A DNA stretch of 64,000 nucleotides from Asterias rubens (GCF_902459465.1 NC_047064.1:16120001-16184000); one strand, 5' to 3'. Counted from the first letter of the stretch, positions 1 to 15,300 are shown. Made by a program: numbers and translations. The notes: generated from the letters alone by a model not told the origin.

Positions 1-255
1 TGGGTTGTCGCTCGGTACTACTTAGGGCATGTTCCTGCACCCCTAGTTTGACCGAGAGAGGCCGCGAAAATTGAACTTTAGAATATAGAGAGTCTTATCA
101 TCAACGCACGTCAGGTTTTTGTTGAAGCTCTGACATTATCTTTGGTAGTTTGCGTACGACTACAATCGACGGATGGTGTTGTGGACTTTCGTACCCTTCA
201 TATAACTTATAAACTATCTCAACACCGAGAGGGAATTGTTTTTAACCTAACCACA

Positions 256-338
256 ATGGAGTTAAAAGGAATGAGACCCGGACAATTAGCGTTGATATTT
301 CTTGCCTGTGTTGTGTTGGATTTTGTTTATGCAAATGA
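256..338 (+). CDS. CPAMD8: CPAMD8 exon 1, signal peptide [26 protein letters not shown]|N
   Basis: ATG at 256 in good Kozak context (acaATGg; second in-frame ATG at 271); hydrophobic core; donor GA|gtaagt, phase 2. Confidence 0.88.
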
Positions 339-3300
339 GTAAGTATGCCGTCAGTATTTTCTTATTTTTAATTACAAAGTGTGAATAGACTGTTTTGTGT
401 TCTGGGTGTATGTTATAATTGTTGTGTTCCAGCAGATAGTTGGTCACTGATTTTGGAACCAGGCCACAGCAGAATTGATTTTCAAACATTTCATAATAAA
501 CTAACACAAACGACATTATTCCATTATATATTTTTTTCATTATCGAAAAACAAGTTCTGAAAATGGTTGCCATGTTTTGCTCATCAAAAAAGACATTAAG
601 ACGCAACCTGGCAAATAGTTTTGCTAACTAAAAATAGCTGTGTATTTTTAAGCGTTAACAATTAATCCACATGTTCCAAGGAGAAGCAGTTGTTGCTGCA
701 CTTTGCATTTCCATTCCGAATGCAATGCAGAATCATGATCTGTGCATAAAATGACAGGATGCTGGGAAGTCCAGTTTCCTCTCTCGGTCTGACATATCCA
801 TTATTTGGTTCAGTTCTTGAATTGAAGGTAAACCATTTTGTCAACTTACATTATCATTGCCAGGGCAGACATGACAGATAAGATAAGTCTTGAAAATTGT
901 TTTCCCTCCCCATTTACAAAATGTAACGTTACATCATCATAGGTTGGTTGTTGTTGATAATTAACTTAGTTCCAATCTTCTAAGTTGCAATAGACACAAC
1001 TGCACCCAACCTGAAAAGCTTTTTAAATGCTTGATTTCGAGACCTCAAATTCTAAACTTGAGCTCTCGAATTCAAATTCGTGTAAAATTACTTCTTTTTC
1101 AAACAATACGTCACTTCAGAGGGAGCCGTTTCTCAAAATGTTTTTTTTTACTATCAACCTCTCCCCATTACTCGTTACCAAGTGAGGTTTTATGACAATA
1201 ATTATTTTGAGTAATTACCAAGGATAGTGTCCACTTCCTTTACGTAAGTGTCCACTACCTTTAAACTTAGGGCCTATACGTTTTGTTTTATTATTATAAC
1301 TTGGTTCCATAAACCTAAATTTTTACTTTTCACACATGCTCCAGTATTTCCTTTTTAGCCTCAGCTCAGCCAAACTTCCACACGAACCGAAATAACAGCC
1401 CAGATTGCCCTTTTCTGTCACAAATCACCGGCAAATATTCCCGGCTTTTTAAATTATTTCCCGGAAATTCCGTTTTAAATCCGGCCCTGATAAGAAAAAG
1501 AACATAAACATTTGCTTTACGTGAGTGTGTGTTTTGGCAAATGAACCATAGAGACTTCCTATTGCATTTAACATCACTTCATCAAACATTGAAGGCTGAT
1601 ACCCGTAAGTTGCAGTATAGCACATTGTACTATTTTGTAGCCATCCCATTTTCTTCCCATTTTAATGATGCTACCAAGGTGAAACCATGAAGCTATGGTT
1701 TAGACTGACAGTCAACACAATCTCTGGTGTTGCAAAACAGTTTTCATAAAAGGCACTGGACACGTTCTGTAATTGCCAAAAAGACCAGTATTCTCACTTT
1801 GTGTAATAACAAACCTGAGAAAGTGTGGGCTCAGTTGGTCATCGAATATGCGAGAGAATAATGAAAGAAAAGACACCGTTGTTGCATTACTTTGTGTGCT
1901 TTTAGATGCATACTACTTCAGCTGAACTCTGAAGGAATTACCTCTTTCTCAAAAACTATACTTCAGAGGGAACAGTTTCTCTCACTGTTTTAACTATCAA
2001 CAGCTCGAAATTGCTCGTTACCAAGTACGTTTTTATGCTAACAATTATTCTGAGAATGTACCAATGTTGCTATAGAATGCCTTTAATGCAGGGAACAACA
2101 TGACACTATTGCATGCAGAGCAGTTTGATTTGAGGTCAATATTGTATAATAAGTTCTGAATTCATAATCATTGGGTTTTTGCATAATACGTTACCACCGA
2201 AATATCAGGTGACAGATCGAACAATGCCTACCCATCACTCTCGGGCATGACAATCTACATGACGAAAAAGTCCGCTGTCCACAGTACAAAGCCTATATTA
2301 TACAAAACGTCACCGCCACCACCACACTGATTATTACGAAAGAGTCCCATCTAAAAGGCATATACATAAAATAACAAACCTGTGAACAATTTTGGCTCAA
2401 TTTGTTCATCAAAGTTGCACGAGAATAATGAAAGAAAAGACACTTGTTGCATTACTTTGTGTGCTTTCAGATGCACAATAAAAGGCTTCAGTTGAAAGCT
2501 TTTATTATTTGAGTGAGAAATTACCTCTTTCTCAAAAAACACCTTACTTCAGAGGGAACCTTTTCTCACAATGTTTTGAACTATCAACAGCTCTCAATTG
2601 CACAAAGTATGTTTTTATGATAATAATTGTTTTGAGTATTTACCAATAGTGTCCAGTGCCTTTAAGTTAAAAAAAAAATCTCTTATTTGTGTATATATTT
2701 TGTTCTTCCCACAACAGGGGTTACCTCGTCGCACACCCGGAGTTTTTCCGGCCCAGTATGGCGGAACAAATCAGTGTCACCATCTTTGAACCCAGTGAGC
2801 CCATGGCGGTTCGCGCCACATTAGTCTTCAAAAACAAGACGGTGGCCTCGGACGAACGAGTCATCATGGGTAAGGACATCTTGTATATTATCTTGGACAA
2901 CTTTAACATCTTGGAAATATCTTCGTTTTCCAATCCTTATTACACTGAATTTGATTTGAGCAGAGGTTTATAAATGAGTCCATTGCAAACGACCGTGGGG
3001 TTTCCTGCTCTCTGATAACAGGGACAAATTTCACTCTGCTAAGCAAAAAACGAGCAGGATATCACTAATCAGTCATAAATTGTACTTGTGATAATATGGT
3101 AGTTTGGCTGGACGCCTTATTTTGGTGAGCATTTTTTTGTGTGCTTAGCAGCTGTATGAAAGTTGAGCCCATAGTTACAGGCGAACGTCGCACGTTTTGC
3201 TATTTTATCTAAAACATATCGAGGCTCCCATCTTTTTCAATAGATAGAAAGATACTACAATTAATGTTTTTGAAAGAGCATAATTTTTTCGGTCATTTCA

Positions 3301-6300
3301 GGTTTTGTTTGGCACCGTTCTTTCGACGATTTTCCTTGTTTATAGTGGAGCAAAATGATATACAAAATGTTTCAATTGCTACTCAAAAATCAAGATTTGC
3401 TACTCAAAGATATAAGCATTCAGTGTGCACTAATTAAGTTCAGTCTAATATTCTTGCTATGTAACATTGGTGGACGAAACTTATTACATGAAGGGACGAA
3501 ACCTCAGGCCACTAGGTTCGTTATATATTTTGTGTGTGAAAGTAAAGATACAAGACATTGTCAAACAGTGTTAAAGTGTAGCAAAGGGAGGACAATGGTT
3601 ATGCAACGTCATGGAGGTAGAAATGTTCCCATCACTTTGAATTGGGACCCCATCACCAACAACACACTTGGTAATCGGCTTTGCCTGTTACTACTACAGC
3701 CAGGCACGGTGCACCTTTTCAAGCCTTTTCAAGAGGGGGTCTGAAACCTTTTTTTGTGGCTACTTTGTAAATCAGGAAACGGGGAACAGTAGGATTTGAG
3801 CTTATGTAATTCCCCCAGATTAGGCCGTGATTGTGATGTGGGGTTTCTCTTTTTATCGTGAATGATCAAAGTGTCCATAATAAAAGAACCATAACAGACC
3901 CACCACAGCTTGGAAACACCATGGTGGTAGAGAAACAAACGTGTTAAAAAGACGTGTCCAAACTGATCATAATAATACTTAAATTCTAGCAGCGGAAGCC
4001 CTTATCCATTGTTGCGTGTGGATAAATCCAAACAACGAATACACTTTCAGTATTTATACACACACAAGAATGAAGAATTAATCCGACCACTTCGTGTGGA
4101 TAAATAAATAAACTGAGTCGGTGGTCAGGGGGGATGATGATGCGATACTTTCTCCGGTCCTACCGGAGCATGGAGAGGTAGCCTCCACGAGCAAGGTTGC
4201 TGCTATGTTCCTGTACGTCGTACCATGGTCGTACTAAATACCCCCATGGGCCGTGTCTTTTTTTTGTCAAGGGTATCGGCTCGTTTCTGTGGAAATAATC
4301 GTATTAAAGTCGGGTTCTTGGCAGCTGTGGGGTCTATCACTCTGTACACCATGAGGTAAAATTACATGTACATGTGCATGTGCATTGAAGACCTACTCAA
4401 GAATCCAAGGACGATACCCAACGTTACACGTTGCGTATGATCTTGTTTGGTCTTTTTTTTACGGATCTTTTACAGTGAACGATTTCCCTTGTAAAATGCT
4501 ACACACAATATCTAATTCGGTCGCTAATTAAAACAAATCATTACTACTCGAAATTAGTATTAAGCTAGCATAAATATGTTTGGTATATATATATTTTGCT
4601 GTGCAAATTTGCGGGATGAAATCGTTCCCTGCTTTTGACATAATGGGAGTTTGAGGCATTGCATGGTGATGTGTATCAATGTATATTTGGTTTGCGATAA
4701 ACACCATGTGCGTGTATCTACTTGCCAGGTAGATTTCGAGAACTGTCTCATGACGATGACTAGAGCATGGAGCAATGTCGAACCGTTAAGAACAATGCAG
4801 AACCATGGAGGTAGAAATGGTAGAACTCACTCCACTGAAGTGAAGATTCACTAAAAATAGTAGTCCCGGCCGATTTTCTACCTTCCGCCCTGGTAGTAGT
4901 TAAAAAGCAGGACAGTTCTTTAGTCAGAGCTGAGAAGTCTCCCGAATTCCCAAAATCTACTCCGCGGTAGTACTAGTATAAGCAAGGTTTTTTGTATCCT
5001 CATAAAGGTTTTCCTCCCCCACCAGCGAGCTCGATACATCTTGGGCTATGATTAGTAATAGTCTCTTATTTTCCCGCGATCAACGCACCAAGACCCAAGA
5101 CCCCGACTCTCTCTGCGCGCAAAGTTCAAGAAGTGTTCGTAATATTGCCGTGGCAACTCAGCAGTCTATTTATTTTTTCTGGGGTGGTTTTTTTTTTACC
5201 TTGGGATAAAGGGCCTGTATTCTGTTACATGTAGCGGGTACTGGGAGTTCAGAGAGCCTCTCAGCTGTCGGTTCATGTCAGATCGCTGGAGAGAATGACT
5301 GGGCCTCCCCTTGCCCCGTGACATTGACCTTTTGGATGGTACGATGCCTCGTGGAGCGGATCAGTCTATATCCTTAAACTATTAGATCCCTCGTCGCACA
5401 ATATTTAAGAATGGACGAGAATGTTGGACTGTGTGAGTGTACGAATTGAGATGATTATTATTTTCGTGAATTGAACTATTTCTCCAAAAACCTATATCCT
5501 AAATCTAAACCTGTATTATTACCTGTTGACATGCATTTTGTGAAATGAGTGTCACTGTCAAACAAAATGTTTTATAACGTGTTGTACCTAATCTTCTTCA
5601 CTTCCTGTTGATGTTTTGTTAAATGAGTGTCACTGTCTACGATTTTTTTTTTAGAATGTACCTTACTGTAATGTGAAATATTTGTATACTCACGGAATTA
5701 TCTTTTATAGCAGTCAACCATCGCTAAAACAAGAGAAAAATTTACATAGTTCTGTTTATAAAGAGTACATTCTGAAGTCCTGAATCTCATTTCTGCTTTG
5801 TGTTTCTTGGTTTTGCTGTCCTCTTAAAACAATGTTCATGACAGAGATAATTTGCCCGACCCAGCAACCTTGCTTAAAAGAGAGCAGACTAATTAGTCAT
5901 TACTTGTTTTGTTTCGTGTGCTCATACGCGACTCGTGCACGCGAAATACGTAATCATTATTTCGAGCGCGCAAAATAAAGAACTCAAAAAGTATTGCTTG
6001 GCACGTGGCTTCTCATTTAGTACTACACACAACCGAATCCTTGCCTAAAGAATGTTTTGGAATAGTTAATCTGTCCTTTTTTTAGATGCTTCATTTCCTT
6101 CCATGAGAAAGAACAATCAAGCTGGAACGAGTTCTATACTTTTTTTTCAGAGAATGCAACTTGCCTGTCTTGCGATCACTTTTATTTGGAAAAGGAAATC
6201 ATTACGATGGAATACAGTTTGACATTACATGCAAATGAAACAAGATATCTTGGGAAATAACCGACGCAGTTGCATCGTGGCCTCATATCCAGTATAGCTA

Positions 6301-9300
6301 CTGTAATAATATGCGAGAAAAAAATGTTCGTTAGCAATCGATTGCTATATTTGATTTGACAATCGAGATAAGCACAGATGATTTAAGTTTTTGATGGACA
6401 CTCCCGACGAAGCTATTATTATTTGCGTTGCCAAGTACGTCTTTTTATTTACAAGATAATCAAACTGTGTGATAATTTGCTTTTTTGTTCTAAGTAAAAT
6501 TCCTTTCCGTATGACTTATTCATTAACTATATTTTGTTTGTATAATATTGTTACCCTCCCCAGGGTTACGGGGTGTGTTCCAGTTAGGAATAAAACATAA
6601 TACAATAGAATTACAAATCGCTAACTTTTTCTAATAAAATACTCTTGACTATTTTGTTTATTGTCTTGGCTGATGTAACACTAATACCAAATAATTTGTA
6701 TCTTTATATGTATACACAGGTAAAGGGAAGCTCACTCTTCAGGTAAGCAAAATGATTAACTTAAGCAAGTTAGCAAAATTGTTAACTCAAGTTAGTAAAA
6801 TTGTTTACTCAAGTTAGCAAAATAATCAACTCATGTTAGCAAAACAAACAAACAAACAAACAAACAAACCAACAAACCAAGTTATCAAATTATTTTAACC
6901 CAAGTTAGCAAAGTTTATAACTCAAGTTTTAGAAGAAAAAAAAGGATAATTCAAAAGGCCATAACCAAGAGCAAAACATCTTGTTCAATTTTTTGTTTGG
7001 TCTTATTTCAAGTCCACCACATAGAGCAAGGCTAACTGAAGTTGCCTTCATTCGTTTAATTTACTTGTGAGAGCCTGTTTTAAGAAAGCCCTGCTGATGA
7101 CGTCGTTGTAAAGTTTCCGAAAACACTTCATTGTCAAAATGGAGTCCCATTGAAGGGTCACCTCTTCCCCGGACAAAGAGCCCCCTTTTCAATTCTTCCT
7201 TTCGTTTCCTGGTCACGTCTCAAGAGAGAGATTTTTTTCCCCCACACTCACCCGAATCTCTTCCCAACAAAACACCACCACCCTGGGCCGTTGGCTTGAA
7301 AGGCCATTCTTTTGTGACACCCCCTGCAAGTCAAACAGGACGATGTTTGCTGGCAATCAGCGGCGCTTAAACGGTTCTTCAGTAAAAATTATGTGGAAGA
7401 GAGAGTTTTTAAATGAGGTATAATTCTTGGCCATTTCCCACTACTTTCGGGGTGTTTAGTGATCATCAGAGCGATCGGTCAAACATGACGATGTTTGCTG
7501 ACAGTCAGCGGCGCTTAAACTATTGAGAGAGTAAAACTATTGAGTTTTTTAAATGACCATCCTTGGCACATTTCCCACTACCTGCGGGGTGTTTTGCGAT
7601 CATCAAAGGATGGCGATGTTTTTACCCCTACAAACGCTGCTGTCACACCACCCCCGGGCCACGTTTTAGTGGAGTGGTGTCAACGTCCCTTAAACTTTTG
7701 TTTTTCTTATTTGGGTCGAAGCTATAAGAATCTAAATGGTCCGGGCTTTTGTTATAAACATTTTGTGAGTATCTTATACGTGCCCTCCGTTAGTCAATGC
7801 GTCACTGGAACCATAGAGCAATGTTCGTTGTCCTTCTCTATACTGGATGGACCAAGGACTATTTAAACCAAGTTTCATTGTATAAATGCAAACCAATATT
7901 TCTCCACGCCCCCCCCCCCTTCCCAACAAAAAGGGTAATTGGAACAAGAGGTTAGTGGGAATCGAAAGCGTTTTCCATGGGCTCACCGCAGGTAGCCACT
8001 GTAATGAGTATTCCTTGTTTGTGTTGTTTAAAGTTGGCCCGGTTGGTGCCGTGATGAGTATAAAAAGAAGCTTCCAAAAATAGCCAAGAATGAAAAGTGA
8101 TGGCGGACTAAAAATGACGTGAATCGTTTGTTTTTGTGAAGGTTGCAAAGAAAACAGAATAACAAATCAACGCGTCAGTGTTTTTTTGCTTGATGAAACA
8201 TCAGCTCGCGGTGATGGGCCCCTTGCTAGCTACCCTTATCACTAGCAAAGTTGCCCTCGATGAGTATAAAACCATTCGCATCTTCCGAGACCCCATTTCG
8301 TTCCGAACCAAACGGATACAGAGAAGGTCCCCCAATTCGAGGTTTGCTGTGACTCAAAAGCTCTTTAATTCGAGGGGAAAATACGTGTATAGATTTTCGC
8401 ATGTAGTTCAACCATTTTGACCTACACATCCCCTACAAGAATCACAACGCAGATAGACTTTTTGATGTGACTGAAGGCACTGGACACGTTTGGTAATCAC
8501 TCAAAATATATAATATATCAGCCTAAAAACTAACAGCAACGGAGAGCTGTTGATAGTGTAAATCATTGGGTGCGTTCGTCCTGGAGAAAAAAAACCGCCA
8601 CACACCGGGGTCGACCCAGGGAAGCTAAACGAACGCACCCATAATGAGAAATGACTCACTCTAAAGTAGCGTAGTTTTTGAAAAAGGGAATTTTTTTCTC
8701 ACTATTATATTTGAATCCATGAAGGATTTTAGGCCTGAAGCTCTACTCAGGCATCTTAAAATTTGTGCGCAACAAGGGTGTTATGAGATCATTATTTTTC
8801 TGCATTTTCGCTGTTCAATTGAGTCCAAGTTTACACAGACTTGTATATGTTGGGATACGCCAAGTGTGGGCATACCTGTCTTTGGAAATAACCAAAGGTA
8901 TGTCCAGTGTCTTTAAATAATTAACCAAGCTTCATGAGAACGGTAAACTGGTGTAGGCCAGAAACTTGAACTTGCATTGTCATCATTTACAGGCATGGAC
9001 CCATCCTTCTCTGATACAATCACGGAGGAATACATTTATTTTTTCTTCCTCCACGATTCAAATCAAGTAGAGAAACAAAACACATTTCAGTGTTCAGTGC
9101 CTTTTAAAGGCAGTGGACACTATTGGTAATTACTCAAAATATTTATTAGCATAAAACCTTACTTGGTGAGGAGAGGTTGATAGTACAAAACATTGTGAGA
9201 AACGGCTCCCTCTGAAGTGAAGTAGTTTTCGAGAAAGAAGACATTTTTTCAATGAATTTGATTTCGAGACCTTAAATTTAGAATTTGAGGTCTCGAAATC

Positions 9301-12300
9301 AAGCATATGAAAGCACACAACTTCGTGTGACAAGGGTGTTTTTTCTTTCATTATTATCTCGCAACTTCGACAACCATTTGAATTCAAATTTTCACAGGTT
9401 TGTTATTTTATGCATATGTTGAGATACATCAAGTGAGAAGACTGGTCTTTGACAATTACCAATAGTGTCCAGAGTCTTTAAGAAAATGTTTGACGCTGTG
9501 CGTCTTTGGAAAACAATAACGGTGGGGTAAAGAATACACAAGTCAGCTTTGTTATGTACAGGCCTTTGTTATAAAATGCACTTTCCAGTTACCTTTTCCT
9601 CTACACACAGACGGATTAAAAAAAACGATGTGTGGTGCAGAGTATTGTTTATTTGCGCTCGATTGAACAAAAAAAAGATGACCGCAATTTGGATGGGTTG
9701 AATTGTTTCAGGTACCCCGTGACGTAAGAGGGAAAGTAACACTTGAAGTTTGCGGTAACTGCGAGAGTGGTTCCACCGGCTACCACTTCAAAAACTCCAC
9801 AGAATTGGACGTCGTGGACAAGGGCACTTCGGTGTTTATTCAAACAGATAAGCCAGTATATAAACCATCTCAACGAGGTAGGTGTACCCATAGGATCCTC
9901 TTTCCTACAGGAGTTTTAAGGGCACAGTGGGGGTTTAGAAGAGTTTCTAGAAGGGTACCTCGGTTTCTTAAAAATTGAAACATTTTGTTTCTTTAAGAGG
10001 TGTAGAATTTTGCATTGGGGATAAAGAATATTGATTTTGATTACCCATATATTATTATACACAGATGTGTGCTATTACTGGTTACTGTATATTTTCACAA
10101 GTTCTGTGCTGAAAAAAATCACAGGCTCGAATGGGATTATTCACGGAACTCGAGAGAGTACTGGGAGAGTAATATACAGTGCTGAGTATGCAGTACTGAG
10201 TATACAGTGCTAAAACACATCGGTGTAAGGGAGGGTAAAACAAAAATTTGATATAATTTTGTGTTGTTAAAATCAGTTCGGAATTAATACCTTTACCAGA
10301 TATCTACAAAATTAATTTGCAGTTTAATGTCGAAGTCAGTGATTCTGTGCTATGTGCGTTTGTCATAAATTAGATCCAGACGAGTTAGCTGTTTGCAAGA
10401 CACTCAAGTTTATTGAGATTGGAGATAAAAAAAAATCTACCTAAGGGTGTACCATTATAGATACCAAATTTCCCTCATTTACTTTAGCTTCAATTATGTC
10501 AATTTCAATGATTCTGTGTTTGGAGTCCGTTTTCCTAAGTAATAAATTACCTTCAGCTGAGTCAGTTGCTTGCAATAAGGGACCCAGTTTGTTACAACAC
10601 TTTCATGTGTATGCCTATTTAGTCAACTTCAGTGAAGAGTTATCTTTGCTATCTTCAGAAGATAGCAGATATCCCTTATTTTACAAAGTTATACATCGAT
10701 TATGTGTCAATTCCAGTGATTTGATACTTTGAGTCTTCATACTTTGGTCGTAAATTACGTTCAACTGAGTCAGTTGCTTGCTTATAAGGCTCCCCCCCAG
10801 TTTGTTGAGACCGTTAACAACTTGTTGCTATCTTCAGTAGATAGTAAGCAGATATCCCTCATTTCACTGGTGCTCATTTACACTGTTTAACTGCGATAGG
10901 TTGTCAATGTCAGTGAATAATATGTGATTTAAGTCTCGTTCCTTGGCCATAACCATGAACAACATTCAGCCAAATTGTTTGTTTGCTTTAGAAAACAATC
11001 ACATTATGAATGTATTTTATTTATTAGGGCCTATGTAATGTACAAACACTTTTTTTGTTTTTATGTGTTACATATAACAAGTAATCCCAACACATGGAAA
11101 TTAATCCGATTGTGATGTCAAAATTTTTGTGGACTTATTAGCATTTCCTCTAAGATATTTCTTAATATGAATCACTTTTATAACACAAAACACTAGCAAG
11201 ACTTTAACTTAATTAGCTAAATTAATAGCTTCCAAGTTGTTGGTTCTTCTCTGTGAACGATTAAATTATCCAATGACATCTATGTGTAATTTTTTCTCCT
11301 TTAGTTTTAATCAACTTTATCCTGACTGGGCCAGATCTCAGACCCAAGAATGAACCGGTAAGACAACTCATTTTTAAGCTAGCTAAACACCTCAGCCTGT
11401 TTAGATATAAACCTTTAGCTGATTTTTCGGATACCTTGCAGAAATACTAATTAAATTGACTTCCATATTAATGGCCGACCGTGTTTGTCGACGAGGTAAA
11501 AGGAAAACCACGCAATTTCGAGTGATACTTGTGTGGATCATTATATTCTACTTTTAAAATATCTTTCTAATCATATGTATTTTATAACAAATGGTTACAA
11601 ATGCTTTTCAAAGACCAACTCGACCGATCCAAGGCAACGTGTTCCTTAAATGTCTACTCTCTTGTCAGTATCTCTTTATGTTTCTCTCTCCTTTCTAAGA
11701 TGCTGGCCTATGTTGTAGATCCTCAAGGTTCAAGAATGATACAGTGGAGGAAACTGCAACCGTTGTGTTGTGGTGAGTATATTTTTCCCAAGGATTATGT
11801 CAAAAGTGCTACTCACACGACAGCAATTTAACTGGGGTCCCTTGCTAAGTTTCAAAATGTTTGACAATATTTTGCAAGAGAACTTGGACAGTAGAAAACA
11901 TTGTTGTTCTTGCATACGAGGTAAATTTTGTAACAAAATTCAACCACGCTACAATTTAGCAAGAGACCCGCATAAATTGCTCTCATGTGAAAGGGGCTAA
12001 AAACTCATGACAGAAACTAGGGTTGAAAATTTTATATTTCAGTCTGCAGTTACTGTGTTCCAGGCATCTGATGACAATCTCTGGCAGGGCTTGTTTTATA
12101 AAAACTTCTAGAGCACAGAAATCTCTTGCTTAGCGAAAATTTGTTACTAGCCAAAATGCACTCTCCATCACTGTGACAGGTATACCCCAATCGTTTTTTG
12201 CTTAAAATGTATAAACCAGTATGCAAAGTTTTAAGTATTACAGCTCATTTTAGAGCTTTTATAAAGTGTTCCTATGCCACTGCAAACCTCCATGGATGAA

Positions 12301-15300
12301 CAATAAAATAATGCTTGCACTGTATTTTGAGGCGCCAGAATGTTTTCGTAATGGACTTCCTTAATTACTTTTGGTTATTGATGACTATGTTTGAAAAGGC
12401 AAGTTTGCCGGATGTTCTTGGCTGTAAAGAGACAGGTCCTGTACTTTTCTGATGAGGTCGTTGGTGGGGGACATTCTGTTGTCCAGAGCCTAGGGGTCGT
12501 GTTGAAGCATAGTAATCTAGGTCAATGTAAACATGACCTTTTTCTGTTCAGGGGTTATGGTTAATTTGCTCAGGAGATTGTTTTTCTACTCCATCCTGAC
12601 TTTGTTTGCATGGAGGAGGTGTTTACGATTTTCCATTAAACTCAGAAGAGTTTAATGCAAAGGTCGCACACCAAGAATATCTCTTTGGCAGAGGTGAGGA
12701 AGATTTAGTCCCTAAAACACTGGGCCTCTTTGAGATGTAAAGAGTCAGCGGAAAGAAAGAGGATAACCCTCTCTTGTACTACAGTATACGGGGGCACCAA
12801 GGTATTGACCAGGTTAAGTATCCGGCCTGAATCGTTTACCCCGGTCTCTCTGCCGCCCCTTTCTCTTGTACTACAGTTGATGGGGGCACCAAGGCATTGA
12901 CCAGATAAGTATCCGGCCTGAATCGTTTACCCCCAGTCTGCCCCCCCCCCCCCCCCCCAGGTAAGTGCTCCAGCAAATTGGCATATACCAGGGAATAGCC
13001 GACACTGCTCTGGAGAAGGTGTAAGAAGTGGTTTTGAAAACGAAGTGGTTTTGAAAACAGTGTGAAAGTGTGCATGGATATCCATGGGGTAAAAACGTCC
13101 CGGGGCCTCCCCCAGGGCTGTATTTCACGGGGGTAAGAGATGTGATCGGTTTTTAGAGCAAAAATTGTACTATGAAGGGCTCAATTCGAATTTGATTTTG
13201 TCTGAAGTTGGTCTTTGAAGCCTTGTTGGTCATTGGAGCTTACCTCTTAGAAAATACATTAAAAGAAGAATTCAAGTGTAACAGGATATGTAAGTAAGAA
13301 TCATAAGATGGGAAGCTTTGCACTGTCAGGGAGAAAGGAATTTAATGACTTATATGAGGAATTTTTATTAAAAAGAGGAAGAAAGTCAATGGGGTAAGAG
13401 CATGCCGACCATGATGCTTGAAGGTAAAATTTCAAGCACAGTACTTTCAAATGGCATAACAATTCTTGAAACACTTCCGAAGGAGCTTCTCCTCTCCTTT
13501 CTGAAATCCAAATTCCACCATTATCCACTTGACTCAAACAACGCTACAAATCCTCTTGAAGTGTATATTGCATAAACACAATGGGTTCTTTGTTTACACA
13601 TAGCTTCATGGTTTACATGACCTGTTCGAAAACAATACGGGACACAAATCACTGGGGACGTTTATTTTGTTTTTGTGGCAAGGGTAGATACTCGACCTGT
13701 GGGGCTGCCATAAGCGTCCATCTTGTGCCCTCTTCTGCAGTTATGACGTCTTCACTTCCTGGAGGGGTTTTAAGAATGTTATAAGATCCGCTCAAGGGGG
13801 AAATAAAAGACCTACCACTCATATTGTTTACATAATTGTTTATATACAAAAGTGAGCTCTTGCCTGACCTACGACCCTTTCAGCCCTTTACAGATGTTGT
13901 TTGCCTAGATATGCTTCTGTAGGTATGTGAGTTGAGTTCATGTTTAGGCCTTGGTTGGATCATAGAGTATTTGGATGGTCCTTTTTCTATGGTTGGAAGT
14001 ATCAACTCTTCCTGATTAAGATTGTTCATTTTTTTCAGTCCTAATGGAGTATTTGCAGATTCTTTATAAGAAGGATTTCAGAAGAAGAGGAGAAGTTCCT
14101 TCAAAAGCATCTCAGAATTTTTACTCCATGTACCGTGCTTGATGAGATTTTTCCTTCAAGCATCATGGTTGTCATGCTTACCTCATTGACTTTTCTTTCC
14201 TTTTTTTATACAAACTTCTCATAATGTCATAAAATCCCTTTCCTCGGAAGACCAAGTTTTTGGGGGGTTTGAAAAGAAATTGCGTAGTGTTGTTACTGAG
14301 AACCAACACTCCTTTCATAAAAGAGCTCACATTGTCAAGATGCATAAAAATTGTTGTATCCACTCTGATTTACGACCCAGACTTAAAATTGTTTACCACA
14401 TTTTGCAAAGCTTCAAAGTCACTTAATTCATCAGCTTCTAACACCTGCACAGAGTAAACATGCTTTGTATAAAGGCATGTTATTATGGCTTTCATTTTCT
14501 TTTGCTTCAAGGCAAACTAAATTCCCAGGCATTGGAAAAGCACTGGCTATATTTAAAGACACATGGACACTGTAGTGTTGGTAATTACTCAAAATAGTTG
14601 TAAAAACTTACTTGTTAACGAGCAAAGGAGAGCTCTTGATAGTATAAAACATTGTGAGAAATGACTCCCTCTGAAGTAATGTAGTTTTTGAGAAAGAGGT
14701 AACAGGACTTCAGGCCTGAAGCCTTTTTTGGGCAATCTGAAAGCACACACATTTTTGAGCAACAATGGTGTATTTTTCTGTCATTATTCTCTTGCAACTT
14801 CGATGACCAAATGAGTCAAATTTTCACAGATTTCTTATTTTATGCATAATATGTTGGAATATACACCAAGTGAGAATACTGGTCTTTGACAATCACAAAA
14901 GGTGTCCAGTGTCTTTAAACTATAACTCTTCGAGAACTTGACAATGTATAATCTTGTTTTTTTCACAGGTATTATCAACTCCAGCTTTCCACTGTCAGAT
15001 CAGCCAATGCTTGGAGAGTGGTCTATTTATGCAGAAGTTCAAGGCCACACTTATAATAAAACATTTGAGGTCAACAAATATGGTAAGTTCCTTGGGTTGT
15101 TTAGTACCAGGAAACGTATAAAATGTTACAGGGAAATCTCTGCTGGTATTGAGTAAACCTAGTGAAGCATATGTTGCAGGTTTGAAAGAGGGTATCTGGT
15201 GAGAATGGAACCAAAACAACAACTAACAGTCAGTTCTCGTACACAAAACACAATGTCCACATATTTACATAAAACTTACACCATTTGAAGATAATGATAA

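Noticed and set aside
142-255. N-terminal extension from a TTG start at 142
   Set aside because: An ATG in good context at 256 gives a normal signal peptide; the extension would bury it.
12360-12720. Minus-strand LINE 3' relic
   Set aside because: Only a faint RLW..P-like trace across broken frames; not enough to call without a profile search.
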